Positions 7,534 through 14,936 of a stretch of DNA of 33,815 bases are shown one piece after another; position 1 is the stretch's first letter; each line of letters opens with the position of its first letter. Location of the stretch: positions 1 to 33,815 of the IMG/VR virus record IMGVR_UViG_3300025018_000364; one strand, written 5' to 3'. The DNA comes from a virus (Duplodnaviria > Caudoviricetes). Under the pieces are notes generated by a model, which worked only from the letters and a program-made list of their open reading frames with translations, had not been told where the DNA came from and did not search any database. The translations under genes were made by a program, and so were the position numbers.

Positions 7534-7756
7534 ACATCATATCCGTCCTCGAAGTCGCCGAGGAGGAAGACGCAACAACATCGTCAAGCTCCCCATAGGC
7601 TTCCATAGAGCACTTCACCAGGTGTTCCAAGATCTGAAGCCGGAAGAGTACGGTATCTTCCTCGATACGATCTTGGTTCCGAACACAGAGTGGACGAGTA
7701 AAGACCTCCACTACCTACGTGAGCGTATCAAACGCTTCAGCGGGAGTGAGCCATGA
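7526..7756 (+). CDS. Minimal HNH endonuclease-like protein (76 aa)
   Basis: GTG start after GAGGTG; DKHHIRPRSRRGG...NIVKL...FHRALH is an HNH motif. The ORF-track start at 7301 is over-extended. Confidence 0.75.
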   Translation: MDKHHIRPRSRRGGRRNNIVKLPIGFHRALHQVFQDLKPEEYGIFLDTILVPNTEWTSKDLHYLRERIKRFSGSEP

Positions 7757-7842
7757 GTGCTGTCATCTTCTGGTCAGTTGTCATCTTGGCAATCCTCTTG
7801 TCAGTCTTCAGGAGGGATCATGCGCAAGCTCAAAGGGCATGA
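7753..7842 (+). CDS. 29-aa single-helix membrane peptide (not in ORF track)
   Basis: MSAVIFWSVVILAILLSVFRRDHAQAQRA; GGGAG upstream; ATGA overlap with the HNH stop. Confidence 0.6.
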   Translation: MSAVIFWSVVILAILLSVFRRDHAQAQRA

Positions 7843-8023
7843 GGTCGTCTGCCCGTGCTGCAAGAAGATCACCGGCATGAGCCGAGGTGCCCACACAAGT
7901 GCCTCCGAGAGCGGTGTCTTCATCATCTGTTGGTGCGACCACTGTGGAGAGAAGTTGGTCGTCAAGACGATGGACAAGAACTGTCGCCCAATCGACAACC
8001 TCGTCATGTTTCCTAAACGTTAG
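7820..8023 (+). CDS. Zn-ribbon protein (67 aa)
   Basis: SD AGGAGG at 7810-7815; CPCC-x24-CDHC. Confidence 0.75.
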   Translation: MRKLKGHEVVCPCCKKITGMSRGAHTSASESGVFIICWCDHCGEKLVVKTMDKNCRPIDNLVMFPKR

Positions 8024-8030
8024 ATAGGTC

Positions 8031-8057
8031 TGCCAGTACCTGGAACTGGCATTTTCT
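8031..8057 (+). terminator. Intrinsic terminator-like hairpin closing the SD-led operon
   Basis: TGCCAGT/ACTGGCA followed by TTTTCT. Confidence 0.6.
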
Positions 8058-8075
8058 AACAAAGTAAAATATACT

Positions 8076-8219
8076 ATGTTCAAACAAGAAAAGCCTTTTG
8101 AGGAGAGAGTGAAGAAGTTTCAAGAGCAAGTGCTAAAGCTCGCAAAAAAATACGGCGTTGATATGTTTCCAACAATTCAAATCGCAGATAGCAAAAAGAA
8201 AGAAGAGCCTAGTAAATAG
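8076..8219 (+). CDS. Small charged protein (47 aa; not in ORF track)
   Basis: MFKQEKPFEERVKKFQEQVLKLAKKYGVDMFPTIQIADSKKKEEPSK. Confidence 0.6.
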   Translation: MFKQEKPFEERVKKFQEQVLKLAKKYGVDMFPTIQIADSKKKEEPSK

Positions 8220-8228
8220 GCTCTTTTT
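8203..8228. terminator. Probable bidirectional terminator where the two arms converge
   Basis: AAGAGCCTA/TAGGCTCTT stem, A-rich on the left and T-run on the right. Confidence 0.7.
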
Positions 8229-8336
8229 AGTTTCCAAGTCTTCCCTCCCACCATTAAAGGTGGAAGTTTCCAAGAGTATGACAGCAAGGAGCGACCCCGT
8301 TCAAGACGGGAGGGAAGAGCCGAGGTTACTCGGCAA

Positions 8337-8513
8337 TTAGATGGTTCGTGCTACTCGTTCCCATACTTTCAATACTCCTAGAATTGCAGTAGCGATTCCT
8401 AGCGAGGATAGATCACCTGCTTCGATAGCAGATCGGACGACTTCCAGTGATCCGACAAGGGCTGTGATAATACCTAACCACACACCTTTGCTCTGATACC
8501 ATTGTTTGTTCAT
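8337..8513 (-). CDS. Holin-like membrane protein (58 aa; not in ORF track)
   Basis: MNKQWYQSKGVWLGIITALVG...LGIATAILGVLKVWERVARTI; KxWYxSKxxW start and two hydrophobic helices; directly after the putative lysin. Confidence 0.7.
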   Translation of the reverse strand: MNKQWYQSKGVWLGIITALVGSLEVVRSAIEAGDLSSLGIATAILGVLKVWERVARTI

Positions 8514-8517
8514 AAGA

Positions 8518-9639
8518 TTAGTTCTTAATAGAATTAAAGTAATCTTTACGATAGATTTTGAAGTTCAACTTGTATGCTTCTTCTTCTGTTTTACCTCGTG
8601 AGAGTGCGTATAGATGATTGATAACGTCTTCAAAGTTCCATCCGAGATAAGTACAGGCTTTCATAAATACGTGCTTTCTACGTCCGTGATTCTCCCTTGC
8701 AACGATGTTCGACGCTCTTTGTGCGATTGATACGTCTAGTGGGAACTTCTTGTTTACAAATGCCTCTAGTTCCTGAGCATTGGCTCTTTCTGCCCAAGGT
8801 TTCTTTTCTGTGATAACCACCTCAACGTCTTTCTCAATCCTCAAATCCTTTTCTTTGATCGGTTCGACAAAGGCAATTGGGGAGTGAAAGTCGGTGTAAT
8901 TCCTCGGGAGCCAGACCATCCCTTTGTCCCCCCAGCTAGACCCAAACGAGTTCACACACCCGAGATACGGCTCGCCATCTATCCACTTCCATGCTACGGC
9001 ATAGATGTCGTGTCCTGATCCTGACCCCTCAACAGAGCGAGCAGGGAAAATTCCCGTCTTACGTACCTGATTGTACCCAGACCAATTCTGTTTCCACGAG
9101 ACCCCAATCTTCACGGGTCGCTTCTGCTCGTACAGATACCTCACGGTAGCGTCAAAAATCGCTTCTGAGCCTCTTTCCCTCGTTGGATAGAGGAATGATC
9201 CTCCTTTGTATTTGAGAGCGTTCTGACGCATTTCAGGGGTAATATCCAAGGCAAGGTAGGCTTCGTTATTATCTGTCTCATCGTTTGGTACGGTTTCGAG
9301 GTCAGCGATCCCGTCTGATATTTTCAGCTTCACGCTATCGAGCATAAACGCTCCATACGGGAGGTTATAGCTCGGGTACTTCGGATCGTTCTTAATGATT
9401 GTTTGAGCATAGCGAGGGGAGAGCAGGTGTCCTTCTGTCTGGTGAATAACCCCACAGGTAGAATGAGATGTGCAAGCGGTCGTTCTGTATTGGTTGTAGA
9501 CGTGAGCTGGTCTGGCGAGGATGTTTCCACTTTCAGGAATCCCTGCCCCAAAGGCAATGCTCATCTCGTCATAGGCGAGGTTCCGTGGATCGTTCAAATC
9601 CTCCTCGTTCCACATGGCACCAGTTGTTTGGTCTTTCAT
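8518..9639 (-). CDS. Papain-like (C1 family) cysteine peptidase, putative lysin
   Basis: NQ...ACTSHS (oxyanion Q, catalytic C), GHDIYAVAW (H), VNSFGSSWGDKG (N); lies between two membrane-protein genes. Confidence 0.8.
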   Translation of the reverse strand: MKDQTTGAMWNEEDLNDPRNLAYDEMSIAFGAGIPESGNILARPAHVYNQYRTTACTSHSTCGVIHQTEGHLLSPRYAQTIIKNDPKYPSYNLPYGAFMLDSVKLKISDGIADLETVPNDETDNNEAYLALDITPEMRQNALKYKGGSFLYPTRERGSEAIFDATVRYLYEQKRPVKIGVSWKQNWSGYNQVRKTGIFPARSVEGSGSGHDIYAVAWKWIDGEPYLGCVNSFGSSWGDKGMVWLPRNYTDFHSPIAFVEPIKEKDLRIEKDVEVVITEKKPWAERANAQELEAFVNKKFPLDVSIAQRASNIVARENHGRRKHVFMKACTYLGWNFEDVINHLYALSRGKTEEEAYKLNFKIYRKDYFNSIKN

Positions 9640-9863
9640 ATAAAGTTTCCTAGATATTTAAGAAAGAGTTGCGCACCGAACGAACCAATCGTGAGGGCAA
9701 TCATGGCGTAGACAGAAAACTTTGCAACAAACACCAGTTTCCAATCCTCCAGAGCTTTAATTCTTTTATTCATAATTTCATGAGCGGACACAAAGTCGTC
9801 CATCCTCAGACGGATGTACTCTATATCTTTTTTCATACCCTCCATGCTAACCTCGATTGACAT
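9636..9863 (-). CDS. Coiled-coil plus C-terminal TM protein (XhlA/holin-like)
   Basis: RIKALEDWK followed by a hydrophobic helix; lysis-module position. Confidence 0.6.
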   Translation of the reverse strand: MSIEVSMEGMKKDIEYIRLRMDDFVSAHEIMNKRIKALEDWKLVFVAKFSVYAMIALTIGSFGAQLFLKYLGNFI

Positions 9864-10048
9864 ACTTGCTTGTACAAATTCAATATAGCGAGTTTAGCGT
9901 TTGACTGGTTCTCAGGCTCTACTCCTGCTTCTGCAAGGATATCAATGATCTGTTGCTCTTTGGTGAGAGCAACGGTTGTTACTTCCTCGTAAGTAACTTC
10001 TGTAAGCACACCGTTACGTTGTTCTTTGCGTTTGATTTGGTTTGGCAT
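9833..10048 (-). CDS. Hypothetical protein, possible fibre chaperone
   Basis: 71-aa ORF after the fibre gene. Confidence 0.55.
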   Translation of the reverse strand: MPNQIKRKEQRNGVLTEVTYEEVTTVALTKEQQIIDILAEAGVEPENQSNAKLAILNLYKQVCQSRLAWRV

Positions 10049-10052
10049 AAGG

Positions 10053-11840
10053 TTAGGCTAAGGTATAAACAGGTTGAAAATAATCTTGATCTGTAATCTG
10101 ATTCCCTTTGTCGTCAATCTCTATTTTAACGTATCCAGCGAGGGTAGCGGTAGTAACATCCGCGACATTCACGATGTTACGGGTGAGATCAGCGGCGGCG
10201 GCTGTCCCGATAAACTTCATAAATGGCTCATCTGTGTCGTCTTGGGTAATTGATACAACTGGAAGTGCAGCCGTAGTAGAAGTCTGCTGAACATCTAAAA
10301 GTGTCGCCGGTGCATCGGTGTTAATACCGATTCGGTTTGTTCCTCCATCAATGAAAAAGGCATTGACCATTCCGCTTGTTTCAAATCTTCCGTCTACATC
10401 AGCAGCTTGCTCGTTGAAAACGTAGGCTCCTGTCGGATCAAAAGTAATGTTTGGTGCTCCTGGAGTTCCTCCAAAACGGACAATTCCACTAGAAGAGATA
10501 CTCTGTCGATGTAAAAGTCCTCCTCCGTTTGTTTGAGAAGTTAAGAACATCAACTGCATTGGTACGGTATTCCCTGAAACCGCTCCGTCAACTGTGGCAC
10601 GAATCTGTGCTCCTTGGTTAAAATCTGTTCCGTCGTGACCAACAAATGTGAGGTTGGCGATAACGGCGTTCAACGCGACAGCAGTCTTAGAAGCCCACGT
10701 ACCTGCACACTTACCAAATGAGATGTCGTTACCTCGTGTGTTTGTGCTGGACGCAAGGAAGAACGAACCACCTGTGGAAGTGGCTGAATCATCTTTTAAG
10801 GCGAAGAATGGAGAAGGCTTTGCTTGACCTTCTCGAATCCACGTTGGGTCACTTGTATTAAACCCGACGGCATCTGCTCCACCATTGATAAAGAATGTGT
10901 AATCCTTTCCTAGTGTGTCTACTCGTGTGTCGATGTCAGCATTGGTATTATTAAACCAAATCAGATTATTCCTAAACGATGCTGTCACCCCCTGCGTGGC
11001 AGTTCCGATGTTCACTTGATTGGCACTTGCATCAACTCTGAACAAGTTTAGATATCCTGAGACACCTTGCCAGCGGAGATCAGACGTACTAAGAGATTGT
11101 GAAGATACGTTTCCAACCAGTCCACCGCCAGGTTGGATATTTACATTGTTTCCTGCTGTACTAGAAAAAGTTACGTTTTGAGTATTTTGAATAGTTAAAA
11201 CTGTGTTGAGCGATCCTGATGCGTCCATGAGCTGAAGAGTGTAGCTTGTCGGAACAATACCCGTGGAGACAGTATTATCAACGCTGAAAAAAAAGTTTCC
11301 ACCTGTGATGAACTGAGTTCCGTCGTGTGCATCAAAACGAAAGACACCACCTCGATCTCCGTTTTGGACAGCTTGAAGAGTAGTCGGACTTGTCGTGGAA
11401 CCCCTAGCTCTCGCCCACAACATGAACGCTCCCGCAGCAGCAGTATCTTGGTTTGAAAATGAAATGAAATTGATGTTGGAATCTCCTCCACTACGATCTA
11501 CAAGGAGTTTGGGTTTAACGGTAATGCCGTTCATCGTCAACTCTGTGAGCGAAGTCCCCATTGACCAGGTATCGTTCGCTCCACCGTTATACAGAGCGTG
11601 CTCGTCACCAACGGTCTCAAACCGATAGCTCATCGCATCGCTATCGTCATTCCAAACAAACGCTGTTGAGGTGATTTTAAGAACGTCTGCATTGCCTCCT
11701 GCGTCGAAACGGAGGGTGTTCTCTCCAATGGTCTGTTCTGCCCAAATCTTTGTGTTGCCATCAAAACTAGAAATCCACCGATCCTCTAAAAGGTCGAAGG
11801 GTTTGTTTGGGTTGAATGGATTGAAGACGACTCTCGACAC
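10053..11840 (-). CDS. Tail fibre / receptor-binding protein
   Basis: G/S/T/N-rich beta repeats; RIGINTDAPATLLDV fibre motif; internal duplications. Confidence 0.8.
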   Translation of the reverse strand: MSRVVFNPFNPNKPFDLLEDRWISSFDGNTKIWAEQTIGENTLRFDAGGNADVLKITSTAFVWNDDSDAMSYRFETVGDEHALYNGGANDTWSMGTSLTELTMNGITVKPKLLVDRSGGDSNINFISFSNQDTAAAGAFMLWARARGSTTSPTTLQAVQNGDRGGVFRFDAHDGTQFITGGNFFFSVDNTVSTGIVPTSYTLQLMDASGSLNTVLTIQNTQNVTFSSTAGNNVNIQPGGGLVGNVSSQSLSTSDLRWQGVSGYLNLFRVDASANQVNIGTATQGVTASFRNNLIWFNNTNADIDTRVDTLGKDYTFFINGGADAVGFNTSDPTWIREGQAKPSPFFALKDDSATSTGGSFFLASSTNTRGNDISFGKCAGTWASKTAVALNAVIANLTFVGHDGTDFNQGAQIRATVDGAVSGNTVPMQLMFLTSQTNGGGLLHRQSISSSGIVRFGGTPGAPNITFDPTGAYVFNEQAADVDGRFETSGMVNAFFIDGGTNRIGINTDAPATLLDVQQTSTTAALPVVSITQDDTDEPFMKFIGTAAAADLTRNIVNVADVTTATLAGYVKIEIDDKGNQITDQDYFQPVYTLA

Positions 11841-11841
11841 A

Positions 11842-12081
11842 TTAAGTCTTGGTTACAGATGAAATCCTATGAGATGAATCGTATACAAGAGTAAGTGTTG
11901 CGACCGTCGTTCCTCCTGACCCACCTGTTTTATAAGTAGCCGTTTCTATTTGCCCCTCCCCGTTACCAGACGCAACGTAAGTGCAAGCAACGTAATCATG
12001 TGCTGGAATCTCAAAGCCAACAAGATAGCCAAGTAACGCCTCGATTTCTGTTGTGGAGGTCAACCCCTGTGTCTGTGCCAT
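11842..12081 (-). CDS. Small virion-associated protein
   Basis: YKTGGSGGTTVATLTLVYD, a pattern common in phage structural modules. Confidence 0.65.
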   Translation of the reverse strand: MAQTQGLTSTTEIEALLGYLVGFEIPAHDYVACTYVASGNGEGQIETATYKTGGSGGTTVATLTLVYDSSHRISSVTKT

Positions 12082-12082
12082 A

Positions 12083-12562
12083 CTAGACGGATGCTAACAG
12101 TTCTTTAACACGATCACGTCGTTGGTTGAAAGAAAGCACATCTTTGTCAAGCTGTTCTTTTTGTTCTTGAAGTTCTTTTTGCTCCTTGCGGATAGCAGAA
12201 AGAATCTCCTCACGTTTTGTAACCTGATCTTGTGTCTGATCTGTTGCTTCTTTCAAAGCCTTGTTTGCTGTTTTAATGGACTGTCCCAGCTCGTTAAGGT
12301 CTGTTTCCGCTTGTCCTTTTTTAGCAAGAACGGCGTCTAGCTCCTCCTGTGCTTTAGTTACATCCTTTTCAAGCTGTGGGAGTGATGATTCAAGTGTGTC
12401 TTTGGTAATTGAAAGTCGAGCAACTTCTTTTTCAATCTCGACTTTCTGGCGAGCAATAGCGATCTCGTCTTCTTTGAGCAAAGCAATCTTAGTGTTTGCT
12501 ACGTTGATTTGTTCCTGAATCTTCTCAGGAAGCTCAACACGTTGTGGTGAGATTGTTGGCAT
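12083..12562 (-). CDS. Coiled-coil protein
   Basis: E/K/Q-rich heptads; likely ATG at 12562, one base after the upstream stop. Confidence 0.75.
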   Translation of the reverse strand: MPTISPQRVELPEKIQEQINVANTKIALLKEDEIAIARQKVEIEKEVARLSITKDTLESSLPQLEKDVTKAQEELDAVLAKKGQAETDLNELGQSIKTANKALKEATDQTQDQVTKREEILSAIRKEQKELQEQKEQLDKDVLSFNQRRDRVKELLASV

Positions 12563-12563
12563 A

Positions 12564-12869
12564 TTATTCAGACTTTTCGCTAATAACGTAACGTGGGGTT
12601 GTTCCAGCAATAGTAATAACTCCTGTATAAATTTGACTTGCTGGCGATTCGTAAATTCCTCCTGTTCCGTTGTCGTTTGCGGTTCCGGCTACAAGAACAC
12701 GAGTAAAGTCTGTGGCAGAGGCAGAAGCACCCTCTTTGACAAAGAGAGCATTCTGACCGAGGTTCTGGATTTCGTAGCTAACACGAGCTTCGTTAGCCGC
12801 TAGGGCTGTGGTTGCACTTGCAATACCGCTGTTCGTGGACTGTGTGAGCTTTTGGATAGTTTGTGACAT
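12564..12869 (-). CDS. Small structural (spike-base-like) protein
   Basis: 101 aa; ALAANEAR..YEIQNLG..LFV beta-sandwich pattern. Confidence 0.65.
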   Translation of the reverse strand: MSQTIQKLTQSTNSGIASATTALAANEARVSYEIQNLGQNALFVKEGASASATDFTRVLVAGTANDNGTGGIYESPASQIYTGVITIAGTTPRYVISEKSE

Positions 12870-12935
12870 AGAGATAAATAAAACGGCTTTTTCGGGTGTT
12901 TAAATCCCGATAAGCCGTTGTTTTAGTGATTAGGG

Positions 12936-12984
12936 TTGACTTTTTATGTGTTAAATGCTAGTCTTTCATGTTTTAATTATAGCA
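12936..12984. promoter_or_regulatory. Face-to-face promoters
   Basis: + strand TTGACT(12936)-17 nt-TAGTCT(12959) with TGn; - strand TG-C-TATAAT (12984-12976). Confidence 0.55.
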
Positions 12985-12987
12985 TAT

Positions 12988-13104
12988 ATGGGTTGTTTGA
13001 TTATCTTAGTCATCGCACTAGCTGTCGCCTCAATGTTCAACATTGGATTCCTGTTCGCTTTATTTGCGGTGATTGGTGTACTAGCTTTATTGGAGGCTAT
13101 TTAA
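12988..13104 (+). CDS. 38-aa all-hydrophobic membrane peptide, opposite to the late operon (not in ORF track)
   Basis: MGCLIILVIALAVASMFNIGFLFALFAVIGVLALLEAI; own predicted promoter; tail-to-tail overlap with the ejection gene. Confidence 0.65.
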   Translation: MGCLIILVIALAVASMFNIGFLFALFAVIGVLALLEAI

Positions 13105-14935
13105 TACCTTCTAAAACTTCGTCGAGAAGTTTCTTGAGGGCATTTTGTTGATCCTTAAGACCTGGTTTACCAACCTCCAGGCTTTTTTCTAATAGACCAC
13201 GAAGTCCTAGATTTATTCCTCCTGCAAATCCAGTAGCTGGAATAGTGTCTGGGAATATCTTTTTTAATTCCTCTGCGAAAGCAATGAGATCAGCAGGATT
13301 TGAACCCTTATAACCGAGAGAACGAGCAACACTATCCATTTGTTTAACAATCTCATCGTAAGCCGTAGCGCTCTGTGCTTCACTTAAAATTCTTCGCAAA
13401 TTAATCTTCGCAAAGTCAGCGGGATCAGTTGCTTTTACCGCTTCATACCCGGGAGTCTTGAATATGCTAGACTCAAGATCATCAATGAGTGTTCTTAATG
13501 GTCGGTATTGTTTATTTAGTGCTCTGATCTCAGGAGAAACAGCTTCAAGACTGTCTGAAAAGATATTTCTGAAAGCACTAAAAACGTCTGTTGCACCTCC
13601 TTCTGGTAAATCAACCATCATCTCTCCCAACTTTTCAAAACGTGCCTCTCTTTGGAGAGTAGAGAACAACTGGTCTTTATTCCACACTGCAAATGGTGTT
13701 GGATTTTCTAAACCTTCCTCTACAAGATCAAATAATTCCTGAACCTTAGCCCTTTGTGCTTTGGAGATTCTAGTTGAGGAACCAAAGACCAATTTTCCAC
13801 CCTCGACATCTTCCACCCCGAGTGATCTCAATACTTGGTTTATGCGATTTGTGTCTACATCGACCACGTCTGTTTTATTAAGGTTTCTCGTGGCTTCTCC
13901 AATCTGTTTACCAACATCTTTTCGTGCTTTATCGATCAGATCATACTGACTAGCTGCCGATTCTCCAGCAACCACAGAAGGTCGTTTTTTCATTCTTAAG
14001 ACTCCTGTATCAGATTCAGCAAGATCAACCATTTTCTTATAGTCTTGAACCGTAGGTATGTCAGCTTGTTTGATTGTGTTGATGATCTTATCATTCACAT
14101 TCGACTTAATCGCTTCACGAACGGCTGGTGTCGCATCTTCCATACGAACTGACTTTTCTGCTGCTTCTTCCAATGCTTCTTTAGCTCGTTTCCCTGCTCG
14201 TGGGATACGTTCAAGCATTTCTGTCCCAAGACCAGCTAATCCCCTCTGTGCAGTGCTTGGAGGTGGCGTTGGAATACCACCGAGAGGTGGAGTCCCCGTA
14301 GGGGGTACATCAGGTGTTACACGAGACAAAGACTGTGAAAGTCGATTTAACCCTCTTGTTGAGCCTGTAATAGCTCTCTCAACAGGAAGTAAAGAAGCTA
14401 TGTTCACAACTGCTTCAAGGTTTGCGGCATCTTTTGGGTTTGCTTGCTTCCACGACTGATAACTTTCCATTCCACCTGAAATGGCTTCCATCGCTTTTTG
14501 ACCCATTGGTGTCGCAACCAACTCTTTTGCTTTCTCAACGGCAGATCGCTCAATATCGTCTGGTGTTACAGCTTTTATTGCCGATCCAATACCAGCACCT
14601 AAAACGTCACCCAAAAATCCAATACCTGTTCCAACAGTTTGAACAGCAGTTGATACAGGAGACTGTTCAGGTTTCTCTCCGTCCTTGAACATACCCCGTG
14701 CAAAACTTTCTTTGACTTGTCCAAAACGACTTCTCGCACTTTCAGCAACAGAAGACAGAAACCCCTTTTTCTCAGGTTCCTCTACTTGTGTTGGTTGTGT
14801 AGATGTTTGCGCCGGTGTCGTTGTGAGACTTGGTTGTTCTTGACGATATTGCAAAACAGCCTCTTTGATTTTGTCTTCTGACCAACCACGGGCACGAGCA
14901 CGTTCTACAATTTGTCTTTCAATTTCTCTAGACAT
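13097..14935 (-). CDS. Internal virion / DNA ejection protein
   Basis: About 612 aa, helical, A/E/K-rich; podovirus core-protein position. Confidence 0.65.
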   Translation of the reverse strand: MSREIERQIVERARARGWSEDKIKEAVLQYRQEQPSLTTTPAQTSTQPTQVEEPEKKGFLSSVAESARSRFGQVKESFARGMFKDGEKPEQSPVSTAVQTVGTGIGFLGDVLGAGIGSAIKAVTPDDIERSAVEKAKELVATPMGQKAMEAISGGMESYQSWKQANPKDAANLEAVVNIASLLPVERAITGSTRGLNRLSQSLSRVTPDVPPTGTPPLGGIPTPPPSTAQRGLAGLGTEMLERIPRAGKRAKEALEEAAEKSVRMEDATPAVREAIKSNVNDKIINTIKQADIPTVQDYKKMVDLAESDTGVLRMKKRPSVVAGESAASQYDLIDKARKDVGKQIGEATRNLNKTDVVDVDTNRINQVLRSLGVEDVEGGKLVFGSSTRISKAQRAKVQELFDLVEEGLENPTPFAVWNKDQLFSTLQREARFEKLGEMMVDLPEGGATDVFSAFRNIFSDSLEAVSPEIRALNKQYRPLRTLIDDLESSIFKTPGYEAVKATDPADFAKINLRRILSEAQSATAYDEIVKQMDSVARSLGYKGSNPADLIAFAEELKKIFPDTIPATGFAGGINLGLRGLLEKSLEVGKPGLKDQQNALKKLLDEVLEGIK

Positions 14936-14936
14936 A

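Noticed and set aside
7222-8031. Long-range pairing AGACCTA(7222)/TAGGTCT(8025) joining the operon ends
   Set aside because: Only 7 bp over 800 nt, so it could be chance, and 7222-7230 has a local partner
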